From: an uncultured Clostridia bacterium
GTDB lineage: Bacteria > Bacillota > Clostridia > TANB77 > CAG-508
DNA: 25,247 nucleotides
Assembly (NCBI GenBank): GCA_944388615.1
Contig: CALXJL010000005.1
Coordinates: 1 to 25,247, forward strand
Direction of reading: 5' to 3'
Shown here: one piece after another, positions 8,301 through 17,401 of the stretch
Numbering within the stretch: the stretch's first letter is position 1
How the letters are laid out: each line of letters starts with the position of its first letter
Notes under the pieces: model-generated
The model's database searches: none
The model's input: the letters and a program-made list of their open reading frames with translations, nothing else
Told to the model about the DNA's origin: nothing
Position numbers and translations under genes: made by a program

Positions 8301-9203
8301 ATGGATCAGAGATTACCAGAATTTTTAGTAAATATGATAATAGAACAATATGGACAAGAAATTGCAGATAAAATAATAAATGGATATAAATGTACAAGAA
8401 AAGTGAGCTTAAGAGTTAATACTATAAAGAGTAATATAGATAAAGTGAAAGAAGAATTATCAAAAAAAAGCATAGAATTTCAAGATGTTACATGGAATAA
8501 AGATGCATTAATTTTAAATAATGCAAATGAAAAATTGATTCAAGAGTTAGATATATACAAAAATGGAGAAATATATATGCAGAGTCTATCATCTATGTTA
8601 CCGCCAATAATTCTAGAGCCAGAACCTAATATAGATATATTAGATATGGCTGCAGCTCCAGGAGGAAAAACGACTCAAATTGCAGCATTGTCTAAAAATG
8701 AAGCACATATTACGGCATGTGAGATAAATGCTATTAGATTGGAAAGATTGAAATATAATATAGACAAACAAGGTGCAACATGTGTATATGTAATGAAAAA
8801 AGATGCGAGAACTATAGATGATTTTTTCTCATTTGATAAAATATTACTAGATGCACCTTGTAGTGGAAGTGGAACATTAGATATAAAGGATATTAATTTG
8901 AAGAAGAAATTTACTAGTAAATTAATAGAAAAATCTGTATCTTCTCAAATTGCTTTATTGAAAAAAGCAATAAAAATATTAAAAAAAGGGGGAGAACTTG
9001 TTTATTCAACATGTTCGATTTTAGCACAGGAAAATGAGGATATTTTAGAAAAAGTGCTTAAAGGAACAAATGCACAGATAGTGCCAATTACATTAGAAGA
9101 TAAAGGAATACCGATATTGCCAGTGAAAATAAAAGGAACTGTTTGTGTATGTCCAAATGAATTATATGAAGGATTTTTTATAGCTAAAATTATGAAGGTT
9201 TAA
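8301..9203 (+). CDS. NOL1/NOP2/Sun-family RNA (rRNA) cytosine-C5 methyltransferase, RsmB/RsmF-like, without a NusB-like N-domain
   Basis: SAM motif ..ILDMAAAPGGKTTQIA.., catalytic motifs ..LLDAPCSGSGT.. and ..LVYSTCS... 300 aa. Confidence 0.85.
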   Translation: MDQRLPEFLVNMIIEQYGQEIADKIINGYKCTRKVSLRVNTIKSNIDKVKEELSKKSIEFQDVTWNKDALILNNANEKLIQELDIYKNGEIYMQSLSSMLPPIILEPEPNIDILDMAAAPGGKTTQIAALSKNEAHITACEINAIRLERLKYNIDKQGATCVYVMKKDARTIDDFFSFDKILLDAPCSGSGTLDIKDINLKKKFTSKLIEKSVSSQIALLKKAIKILKKGGELVYSTCSILAQENEDILEKVLKGTNAQIVPITLEDKGIPILPVKIKGTVCVCPNELYEGFFIAKIMKV

Positions 9204-9243
9204 TGTATATACGTGATTTATAGCTGAAAGGAAGAAAATAAAA

Positions 9244-11589
9244 ATGGATGAAGAAAATATAATAAATGGATTAACAGATGAACAAGTAGAAGAAAGGATA
9301 AAAAAGAATCTTGTAAATTACGATACATCAGTACCAACTAAAAGTATAAAGCAAATACTTGCTAATAACTTTTTTACATTATTTAACTTAATTAATTTAA
9401 TATTAGGAATTTTAATTTTCTCAGTTGGGTCATATAAAAATATGTTATTTCTATTCATAGTAATAATAAATACTGCAATAAGTACATTTCAAGAGATTCA
9501 TTCAAAAAGAGTAATTGATAAATTAGCAGTTCTTGCAAGTTCAAAGGTAAAAGCAATAAGAAATAATAAAGAAATAGAAATATCTATTGATAAGATTGTT
9601 CTAGATGATGTTTTATTATTTGAAAGTGGAAATCAGATTCCAACAGATTGTGATATTATTAAGGGAGAAGTAGAAGTTGATGAATCATTTATTACAGGAG
9701 AGTCTGATGTGATTTTTAAACAAAAAGATGAAATACTATTATCTGGAAGTATTATTGTAAGTGGAAAATGTTATGCTAAAGTTAAACATATAGGAGAAGA
9801 AAATTATACATCACAAATATCTAGTGGCGCAAAATATGTAAAAAAAGTGAATTCAGAAATCATGAGTTCTTTAAATAAGATAATAAAAATATTAAGTATA
9901 GCTATAATTCCAATAGGTATAGCACTTTTTTTAGGGCAATTACAAGAGACTACATATAAAGAGGCTATTGTAAAAACGGTTGCAGCAGTAATTGGTATGA
10001 TACCTGAAGGGTTAGTATTACTCACAAGCACAGTACTTGCAGTAAGTGTTATAAGGTTGTCAAAAAGTAAGGTATTAGTACAAGAATTATATTGTATAGA
10101 AACTTTAGCAAGAGTTGATACTTTATGTTTGGATAAAACAGGAACATTAACAGAAGGAAAAATGGAGGTAAAAGATTTTATTTCTATAGATATATCTAAA
10201 GAGGAATTAAGTAATATATTAGGAAATATAGCTATAGCTTCAAATGATAATAATGGAACGATAAATGCTATTAGAGAGTGTTTTGATATAAATGACAAAT
10301 ATGTATCAGATAAGATAGTTCCATTTTCTTCTAGAACAAAATGGTCTAGTGTACATTTTGCAAATAGGGGAAGTTATGTAATAGGTGCTCCTGAATTTGT
10401 ATTAAAAAATAAAATAGAAGAATATAAAAATATAATTGATAAATATTCAAAAGAGTACAGAATAATAGTAGTAGCACATTCAATAGAAGATTTTGCAGAT
10501 AAAGATTTACCTAATAATTTAAATGTGATAGGTTTTGTATTTATAGTGGACAAGATTAGAAAAGAGGCTAAAGATACATTAAAATATTTCAAAAATCAGG
10601 GAGTAGATATAAAAATTATTTCTGGAGATAATCCGGTGACGGTTTCTAATATTGCAAAAAGAGTGGGATTAGAAGATTATGATCAATATATTGATGCATC
10701 TACAATAAAAACAAAGGAAGAGTTAAGAGAAGCGGCAATAAGGTATAGTATTTTTGGACGAGTAACTCCTACTCAAAAAAAAGAGTTAGTTTTATGTTTA
10801 AAGGAAAATGGTAAAACAGTTGCTATGACAGGTGATGGTGTGAATGATGTTTTAGCTTTAAAAGAATCTGATTGTAGTATAGCAATGGCGAATGGTAGTG
10901 ATGCTACTAAAAATGTTTCTCAGCTTATATTGTTAGATTCAAATTTTGCGTCAATGCCAAAAGTGGTTGCAGAAGGTAGAAGGACAATAAATAATATAGA
11001 ACGTTCTGCGTCATTATTTTTAGTAAAAACAATATATTCTAGTATATTAGCTATATTATTTATATTTATGAATGAACCATATCCATTTATACCAATACAA
11101 TTAACATTGATTAGTATTGTAACAATAGGTATTCCATCATTTGTGTTAGCATTAGAACCAAACAAAGAAAGAATAAAAGGCAATTTCTTGAAAAATGTTA
11201 TATCTAGGTCATTACCAACAGCAATTTCAATAATACTTGGTATATTAATTATATCAATTACTAAAAAAGTTATGTTACTACCAGATAATATATATTCTAC
11301 TCTTTGTGTAATATCAACAGGTTTATGTGGTATACTACTACTTGTAACACTTACTAAAACCAGAAAGAGCGAACAAAGTAAATTGCCAGTTTCAATCTTT
11401 AGATGTGTGTTGTGTGGAGTAATGTCTATAATTTTTGTTGTAGGTTTGACATTTTTTAAAGATTTATTTGGAATAGTTGATATTAGAAATATAATACCTG
11501 AAGTGATAAAGGTGTGTATAATGGCAGTTTGTGTATTTATATTATTAATGACTGTTTCTAGAAAGATGTATGAAAAAAGTGTAAAATAA
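9244..11589 (+). CDS. cation-translocating P-type ATPase (HAD-IC)
   Basis: ..TGESD.., ..MIPEGLVL.., phosphorylation site ..CLDKTGTLTEG.., ..ISGDNP.., hinge ..MTGDGVNDVLALKESD... Multiple TM helices, 781 aa. Ion specificity cannot be assigned from sequence. Confidence 0.9.
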   Translation: MDEENIINGLTDEQVEERIKKNLVNYDTSVPTKSIKQILANNFFTLFNLINLILGILIFSVGSYKNMLFLFIVIINTAISTFQEIHSKRVIDKLAVLASSKVKAIRNNKEIEISIDKIVLDDVLLFESGNQIPTDCDIIKGEVEVDESFITGESDVIFKQKDEILLSGSIIVSGKCYAKVKHIGEENYTSQISSGAKYVKKVNSEIMSSLNKIIKILSIAIIPIGIALFLGQLQETTYKEAIVKTVAAVIGMIPEGLVLLTSTVLAVSVIRLSKSKVLVQELYCIETLARVDTLCLDKTGTLTEGKMEVKDFISIDISKEELSNILGNIAIASNDNNGTINAIRECFDINDKYVSDKIVPFSSRTKWSSVHFANRGSYVIGAPEFVLKNKIEEYKNIIDKYSKEYRIIVVAHSIEDFADKDLPNNLNVIGFVFIVDKIRKEAKDTLKYFKNQGVDIKIISGDNPVTVSNIAKRVGLEDYDQYIDASTIKTKEELREAAIRYSIFGRVTPTQKKELVLCLKENGKTVAMTGDGVNDVLALKESDCSIAMANGSDATKNVSQLILLDSNFASMPKVVAEGRRTINNIERSASLFLVKTIYSSILAILFIFMNEPYPFIPIQLTLISIVTIGIPSFVLALEPNKERIKGNFLKNVISRSLPTAISIILGILIISITKKVMLLPDNIYSTLCVISTGLCGILLLVTLTKTRKSEQSKLPVSIFRCVLCGVMSIIFVVGLTFFKDLFGIVDIRNIIPEVIKVCIMAVCVFILLMTVSRKMYEKSVK

Positions 11590-11654
11590 TATTGTAATAA
11601 ATAATAAAATGTGATATATATTTTTTATATTACAAAAGATAAAAGGAGGAAAAT

Positions 11655-11960
11655 ATGGAGAAAAATGAAATAAAAATAAATCTTGTAACAATATTACTAA
11701 TAGTTGCAATAATTGCAATTGGTGTTATGGGATATTTTATGTATCAGACTTCAGTTAAAAAAGCAGAGATAGAAGAAAGAGCAACAGGATTGCAAAACGA
11801 AAAAATGATATTAGAAGAAGAAAATGCAGATTTAGAAGATCAAAAAGAGAAAATGCAAGACACAATAAACGAATTAGAAAATACCATAAAAAAAGCAAAT
11901 ATAATAGATGACACAACATATACAGATGCAAGTAGTGATAATGATAATACTAGTTTCTAA
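11655..11960 (+). CDS. small membrane-anchored coiled-coil protein (hypothetical)
   Basis: Strong RBS aaaggagg. N-terminal TM segment (LVTILLIVAIIAIGVMGYFMY) followed by an E/K-rich heptad-like region. 101 aa, no recognisable family. Confidence 0.5.
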   Translation: MEKNEIKINLVTILLIVAIIAIGVMGYFMYQTSVKKAEIEERATGLQNEKMILEEENADLEDQKEKMQDTINELENTIKKANIIDDTTYTDASSDNDNTSF

Positions 11961-11979
11961 AAAATATATTTATCAATGT

Positions 11980-12056
11980 CTGTCCCTGAGTGGACAAAAT
12001 ATCCAAAGAGGGACAGTCCCCAAATGGACATTTTGTTCATTCGGGGACTGACCTTT
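11980..12056. terminator. two tandem, related GC-rich hairpins between convergent genes (bidirectional terminator region)
   Basis: Hairpin A is ctgtccct (11980-11987) / agggacag (12009-12016). Hairpin B is cagtcccc (12014-12021) / ggggactg (12043-12050), followed by acctttt. Each has a 21-nt loop with an inner 4-bp stem (tgga/tcca; aatg/catt). Confidence 0.5.
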
Positions 12057-12066
12057 TAAGTAAAAG

Positions 12067-14710
12067 TTATGTTGCTGAATAAATTGTTTTACCAAATTTA
12101 ATTTCATTAAATTTTTTTTGTAATTCTATTATAGGTATAGGTAGGCTGGAAATTAAAATAGTGAATAACCATTGAATTCCTGTTAATGGGACTAATTTAA
12201 AGATGTTTGCTAGACTAGGAATTATAATTACAATGGTTTGAACAAATATTCCTAAAATAAAACTACCTATTAAATATTTATTTTTAAGGAATCCTACTTT
12301 AAAAATAGATTCTGTTGTTCTTACATTAAAACTATGTATTAATTCTAATAATCCTATTGAGGCAAAAGCCATAGTTCTTCCAATTTCTAAACCGTATAAA
12401 TTATTTCCTATTGAAAATGCTACTAATGTTAAAACACCTATAAGAATACCTTCTAAAATAATATTATTCCATAAACCATCTGCAAATAATCCCTTTTTCT
12501 GATTTATAGGTTTTCTATGCATGATATTATTTTCTGCAGGCTCTAATCCAAGGGCTATAGCAGGAAGTGAATCTGTAATTAAATTAATCCACAAAAGCTG
12601 TATTGCAAGAAGAGGAGACTTTAAACCTAATAAAAGCCCTAAAAAGATTGTTACAATTTCTCCTACATTAGTAGAAAGAAGAAAATGAATTGCTTTTTTT
12701 ATATTATCATATATATTTCTACCTTGTTTAACAGCCTCAACAATAGTAACAAAATTATCATCGGTCAAAATCATATCAGCAGCATTTTTAGCGACATCAG
12801 TACCGACTTTTTCCCATAGCAATACCAATATCAGCATTTTTTAAAGCAGGGCTATCATTTACACCATCACCAGTCATAGCAACAACACATCCATTTGCTT
12901 GCCATGCTTTTACAATACGAACTTTATGCTCAGGACTAACCCTTGCAAATACAGAATATTTGTAAATATTGTTAGTTAACTCCTTTTCAGAAAGAGTATC
13001 TAGTTCCCTACCAGTTATTGCTAAATCATTATTATTTAAAATTCCTAGATTGGTAGCAATAGCTTTAGCTGTGGCTATATGATCTCCTGTTATCATAACA
13101 GTTTTAATACCAGCTTGTTTGCAGATAGAAACAGCTTCTTTTACACCTTCTCTTGGAGGATCTATCATCCCTAATAAACCAACAAAACTTAAATTAGATT
13201 CAATATCTTCTTGTTTAATTGTACTTGGGAGAGTAGGTATATATTTATAAGCGACAGCTATAACCCTTAATGCTTTATTTGCCATAATATTATTTCTATT
13301 TTGTATATTGTTTTTATCAAGAGCAGTTATTTTTCGTGATTGTAAATTAGAGATATTATTACTTGAAGTATTAATAATATCTGAACATTTATTTAAAAGT
13401 ACATCTGGAGCACCTTTAGTAATTACCAAATATCCATTTAATACTTTATGAATTGTAGACATTAGTTTTCTTGAAGAATCAAATGGAATTTCATTTACTC
13501 TTTTGAAACTTTCATATAATTTGTCTTTATTAATACCTTGTTTTAATGCATTGTTTACTAAAGCAACTTCAGTTGCTTCACCCTGTGCCGATACAATACC
13601 TTTATTATATACAATATTACAATCTGTACACATACTAGATAGAGTTGATGTAATTAATTTATTAGATGATTCAATTTGTGTTACAGTCATTTTATTTTGA
13701 GTTAATGTACCAGTTTTATCTGAGCAAATAACATTACTACTACCTAATGTTTCAACAGCGGGTAATTTACGAACTATTGTATTTTTCTTTGCCATTTTAG
13801 TAACTCCTATTGATAAGACAATAGTGACTATTGCAGGTAAGCCTTCTGGAATGGCAGCAACTGCAAGACCAACAGATGTCATAAACATTTCAAAAGGATC
13901 AATTTTTTTAACAAGTCCTATTATGAAAATAATTGCACAAATTATTAAACATGCTATCCCCAATGTTTTTCCTACTTCTGCAAGTTTTTTTTGAATCGGT
14001 GTTTCAGGAGATTCATTTTCTATAATCATACCAGCAATTGTTCCAACTTTAGTTTGCATACCTGTATTTGTAACAACAGCTTTTGCATGACCATTAACAA
14101 CAGTTGTAGCCATAAATGCTAAATTTTTCATGTCTCCTATTGATACATCTTTTGAATATATATTTGTATCATCTTTAAGAACAGGTTCTGTTTCACCAGT
14201 TAAACTTGATTCTTCTATTTTTAAGTTAAAACATTCAAGTAATCTACAATCTGCAGGAACATAGTTACCAGCTTCAAGTGTAATTATATCACCAGGAACT
14301 AAGTCTTCAGCATTGATTTCTAGTATATTATTATTCCTTATAACCTTACAAGTTTGAGGTGTCATTTGTTTTAAACTCTCAATAGATTTTTCAGCTTTTG
14401 CCTCTTGAACTAATCCCATAATAGCATTTAGTACTACAATACCAATTATTATTATAGAATCAATATAATCATTTTCACCTTGCATATAGGATATTACAGC
14501 AGATAGAACTGAAGCGATAATTAAAATAATAATCATAAAATCATTAAATTGTTTTATAAATTTTATAAAAAGGCTTTCTTTGGGCTTATCTTGTAATTTG
14601 TTAATTCCATATTTTAATTTTCGCTTTTCTACTTCTTCATTTGTAAGACCTGTTTTTTCATCAGTATTTAAATTGTGCAAAACAATATTTTTGTTTAAAG
14701 TATGCCACAT
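12067..14710 (-). pseudogene. SERCA/YloB-type Ca2+-transporting P-type ATPase, interrupted by a frameshift at an A5 run (or a sequencing error)
   Basis: ORF 12797..14710 has ..TGETEP.., ..AAIPEGLPAIVT.., ..CSDKTGTLTQN.., ..ITGDH.., ..MTGDGVNDSPALKNADIGIAMGKSRY*. ORF 12067..12837 continues in the +1 frame with ..KVGTDVAKNAADMILTDDNF... On the minus strand the junction is atgggaaaaagtcggtactga (T5 on + at 12808-12812). Removing one A restores ..IAMGKVGTDVAK... Confidence 0.85.
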
Positions 14711-14752
14711 AAATTCATCTCTCCTTTGTGTATTTTATTAAAGTATATGTGG

Positions 14753-14820
14753 CTTGTACGAAAGTAGTACAAGTTTTTTTATCTACTAGGAAAGTTTTCG
14801 TACTTTCCTAGTAGATAAAA
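14753..14820. promoter_or_regulatory. hairpin plus 44-nt perfect palindrome in the divergent ATPase / ytaF-like control region
   Basis: cttgtac-gaaagta-gtacaag (14753-14773) followed by T7. It overlaps the palindrome ttttatctactaggaaagt-tttcgt-actttcctagtagataaaa (14777-14820, 19-bp perfect arms). Confidence 0.35.
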
Positions 14821-14900
14821 TACATATTTAGAAAATATTATTTATGCCTCTTTGTCTCATTTTGTCGTAGAATATCATATTATAACAAGAGGTGTTACAA

Positions 14901-15550
14901 ATGTTTTTAAATTCGCTAGTATTAGCAATTTCAAGTAGTATAGATTCTTTAGGAATAGGAATTACATATGGAATAAAAAATACAAAAATATCTTATGTAG
15001 GCTCAATAATGTTATTTATAGTATCATTTATAAATGCAATTATATCTATCTGGTTGGGAAATAGTATAAAAAGAATATTTCACGAAGAAATTGCAAAATA
15101 TATTGGTATTTTAATAATAAATTTAATAGGAATATTCATGATATACCAGTCATTAAAAAGGAAAATAGAAATGTTAAGGAAAAAGAGGAAGTAAAAGAAA
15201 AGATATATAGTTTTTTTATAGATTTTTTAGGAATAACTATCCAAATAATTAAAAACCCTGTAAATTCAGATTTTGATAATTCTAATAAGATAGATGCAAA
15301 GGAAGCACTATTCCTAGGATTAGCATTATCTTTAGATAGTATATGTATAGGAACGAGTTCAAGTATGGTGGGAATAAGTTCAGGAATATATCCTTTTTTT
15401 ATAAGCATATTTCAAATTTTGTTTTTGAGTATTGGAAATATTATAGGGAAAAAATTAAATAAGTTTAGCAAAATTCCAGATAATATTTGGTCTGTTTTAG
15501 CAGGTATATTATTGATTTCAATTAGTATAATTAAATTTATTTCTACCTAA
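14901..15550 (+). pseudogene. YtaF/MntP (DUF204)-family membrane protein, frameshifted in an A-rich linker (or a sequencing error)
   Basis: RBS agaggtg 6 nt before ATG 14901. The first half (MFLNSLVLAISSSIDSLGIGITYG...) stops at 15192-15194. The -1 frame is open from before 15150 to 15550 and encodes the second DUF204 repeat (..IDFLGITIQIIKNPVNSDFDNSNKIDAKEALFLGLALSLDSICIG..) with no ATG/GTG/TTG before 15365. One extra A in the A5 run 15155-15159 (or 15180-15184) would join the halves. Confidence 0.75.
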
Positions 15551-15583
15551 AAATAAAAATCGAACAAAAATTTCAAAAAACTA

Positions 15584-15612
15584 TTGACAAATATAAAATA
15601 TAGATATAAAAT
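15584..15612 (+). promoter_or_regulatory. near-consensus sigma-A promoter for the metallopeptidase gene
   Basis: TTGACA (15584-15589), 17-nt spacer, TAAAAT (15607-15612). Confidence 0.5.
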
Positions 15613-15662
15613 ACATTCAGAAAATGAAACAAGAGTTCAATAAAAAACAAGGAGGATTAAAA

Positions 15663-16370
15663 ATGGGAATTTTAAGAAATAATAAAGAAGTTATAGTATA
15701 CACAATAGATAAAAATTTTAATCACGATTTATATATATCAGTACAAAATGGAGAAGTAGTTGTTAATGCTCCTTGGTATGTAAGTAGAGAAAGGGTGCAA
15801 AAATTAGTTGAAGAAAAAAAGAAATGGATATTAAAGAAAATAGATGAATATGAATCTAGTAAAGATTATATAAGAAAAGAAATGGTAAAAATATTAGGTG
15901 AGGATTGTAGAGTTAAAATAAATTATAGAAATCTAAAAAAACCTACATTAACAGTAGAAGGTAAAAATATAAGAATTTGTTTACCAAATAAATATAAAAA
16001 AACAGATAGAGAAGAGATATTAAAACTATTAATTGAAAAAATGTATGATATGATAGCAGAAAAAGAAATTGAAAGATCAATGGAAAAAACAAGAATAATG
16101 TTAGGATTTGCTCCAGAAGATTATATAATAGAAAGAGACAGTAAATTTTTAGGAAGATGTATTGAAGGAAATATAATACAAATAAATCCAGATATAGTAA
16201 AGTATGATAGAGAAATAATAGATTATATAGTCCTTCATGAGTTTTGTCATATGAAATATAAAACCCATTCTAAAAAGTTTTATGAAATAATAGAGAAATA
16301 TAATCCTTATTATAGAAGATGTGAGACAAAATTGGAAAGAGAAGGAATAATGGTAAATAAGTCTATTTAG
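15663..16370 (+). CDS. YgjP-like (DUF45 / M48-related, SprT-like) zinc metallopeptidase
   Basis: HExxH in ..YIVLHEFCHMKYKTHSKKFYEII.., typical of the YgjP family. I prefer ATG 15663 (RBS aaggagg 7 nt upstream) over the track start 15624, which lies about 5 nt from the predicted transcription start. Confidence 0.8.
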   Translation: MGILRNNKEVIVYTIDKNFNHDLYISVQNGEVVVNAPWYVSRERVQKLVEEKKKWILKKIDEYESSKDYIRKEMVKILGEDCRVKINYRNLKKPTLTVEGKNIRICLPNKYKKTDREEILKLLIEKMYDMIAEKEIERSMEKTRIMLGFAPEDYIIERDSKFLGRCIEGNIIQINPDIVKYDREIIDYIVLHEFCHMKYKTHSKKFYEIIEKYNPYYRRCETKLEREGIMVNKSI

Positions 16371-16440
16371 AGAATATTAATCATGTTTGTTATTAAAAGT
16401 ATGTGGTTACAAATTTTTTTAATAAATTTTGTATTTAGTC

Positions 16441-16468
16441 TTGATAATAAAAAAATAGATGATATAAT
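16441..16468 (+). promoter_or_regulatory. possible promoter for tRNA-Gln, embedded in the upstream terminator hairpin
   Basis: TTGATA (16441-16446), 16-nt spacer, TATAAT (16463-16468). The predicted start is about 15 nt before the tRNA 5' end. Confidence 0.35.
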
Positions 16469-16489
16469 TTAACTATCATCTATTTTTTA
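16451..16489 (+). terminator. Rho-independent terminator after the metallopeptidase gene
   Basis: 14-bp perfect stem aaaaatagatgata / tatcatctattttt, loop taatttaac, T-run. Confidence 0.6.
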
Positions 16490-16490
16490 T

Positions 16491-16565
16491 TGGGGTATAG
16501 CCAAGCGGTAAGGCAGATGGCTCTGACCCATCGATGCGTAGGTTCGAATCCTACTACCCCAGCCA
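16491..16565 (+). tRNA. tRNA-Gln (anticodon CUG), CCA encoded
   Basis: Cloverleaf by hand: acceptor tggggta/tacccca (U1-A72 as in bacterial tRNA-Gln), D arm gcc-aagcggtaa-ggc, anticodon arm gatgg-ctCTGac-ccatc, T arm gtagg-ttcgaat-cctac, then gcca. It is nearly collinear with my recollection of E. coli tRNA-Gln. Confidence 0.95.
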
Positions 16566-16602
16566 ATAACGAATCTGTTCAAAATTTATAGAACAGAAAT
16601 AT

Positions 16603-16637
16603 AAATATCATTCTGAAAAAAGGATGATATTTTTTTA
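16603..16637 (+). terminator. Rho-independent terminator after tRNA-Gln
   Basis: Stem aaatatcattc / ggatgatattt (11 bp, one G-U), loop tgaaaaaa, then a T-run to 16636. A smaller hairpin tctgttc..gaacaga lies at 16573-16596. Confidence 0.6.
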
Positions 16638-16906
16638 TACTTAAGAATATCATCCAAGAATGGAAGGTGTTAAAGATGAAGATAATTAAATATGAGCTAA
16701 ATTCTCTTTATTCTTAATTAAATAGAATTTACTTTTTTAATTAACTTTAACATTAATATTATAAATAGTAATAAATGTTAAAATCTCTTTACAATCAACA
16801 TAATATATGGTAATGTGTTAAGGTAAAATATTCGCAGCTATGCGAACTATAATAAGAATAGCAAAGTAGCAATTTCTCGAATAACGATTGTAAGGAGGAA
16901 AAAAAT

Positions 16907-17245
16907 ATGTCTGAATGGAAAAGAGAAAATTTTGAAGTGCGGTGTCAGAATGCTAAAACGTCTGTAAAGATTGGAGAAAATGGCAAAATTTATCATATTT
17001 CCGTAAGCAAGATGGAAATGCAACCTATATGGACTGAAGTATCGGGTAATCCACATAGTGAAGAGAGTATTCTAAATGTGGATTACGCCTTTGAAATTAT
17101 GATGGAGATTGACATTGAAACTTTTAAAGCTATGCTTAAAAGAATCAAAGAGTCAGATCCAGAATACTATGAAAAAGGTGTTGAACTGCTTCAAAACAAA
17201 AAAGAGCAACTCATCAAAGAAGTTGAAGAAAAATACTCTTTATAA
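16907..17245 (+). CDS. hypothetical protein (112 aa, no recognised family)
   Basis: Strong RBS aaggagg 8 nt upstream and its own terminator downstream. The sequence MSEWKRENFEVRCQNAK... is acidic and predicted soluble. I cannot place it in a family. Confidence 0.5.
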   Translation: MSEWKRENFEVRCQNAKTSVKIGENGKIYHISVSKMEMQPIWTEVSGNPHSEESILNVDYAFEIMMEIDIETFKAMLKRIKESDPEYYEKGVELLQNKKEQLIKEVEEKYSL

Positions 17246-17250
17246 TCATC

Positions 17251-17283
17251 AAAAGAAACTACTGTCTTTCGGTAGTTTCTTTT
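17251..17283 (+). terminator. Rho-independent terminator
   Basis: Stem aaagaaactac / gtagtttcttt (11 bp), loop tgtctttcg, T tail. Confidence 0.6.
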
Positions 17284-17401
17284 ACTTATGCTATTATATT
17301 TTAATTCTTAGTTTAAATTATACTTAAGTCAAGTAATTCTTGAACTTATAAGATTTATATGATATAAAAACAATATAATATTATAATAGAAAGGATAAAT
17401 T

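Noticed and set aside
8122-8397. 91-aa minus-strand ORF from the track.
   Set aside because: It runs antisense through the start of the well-supported methyltransferase gene and into the palindrome arm. It has no RBS and its composition is the low-complexity Leu/Ile/Phe typical of AT-rich antisense frames.
12797-12837. Programmed frameshifting or transcriptional slippage as the mechanism joining the two ATPase ORFs.
   Set aside because: The run is only A5, with no obvious downstream stimulatory structure or slippery heptamer. A mutation or sequencing error is more parsimonious.
14711-14900. Expected a yybP-ykoY (Mn2+) riboswitch upstream of the MntP/YtaF-like gene or the P-type ATPase.
   Set aside because: Neither strand contains the conserved GGGGAGUAG / UUGACAUA-type core or the four-helix layout. 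Only two simple hairpins are present.
15624-15662. Track start codon 15624 for the metallopeptidase.
   Set aside because: It would lie about 5 nt from the predicted transcription start and has no RBS. ATG 15663 has a consensus aaggagg at ideal spacing.
16566-17330. Genomic islet or integrated element at the 3' side of tRNA-Gln carrying the orphan ORF 16907-17245.
   Set aside because: Hand counts gave about 33% GC for the ORF's first 100 nt versus about 32% for neighbouring rbsK, so there is no compositional shift. I found no direct repeat of the tRNA 3' end and no integrase.
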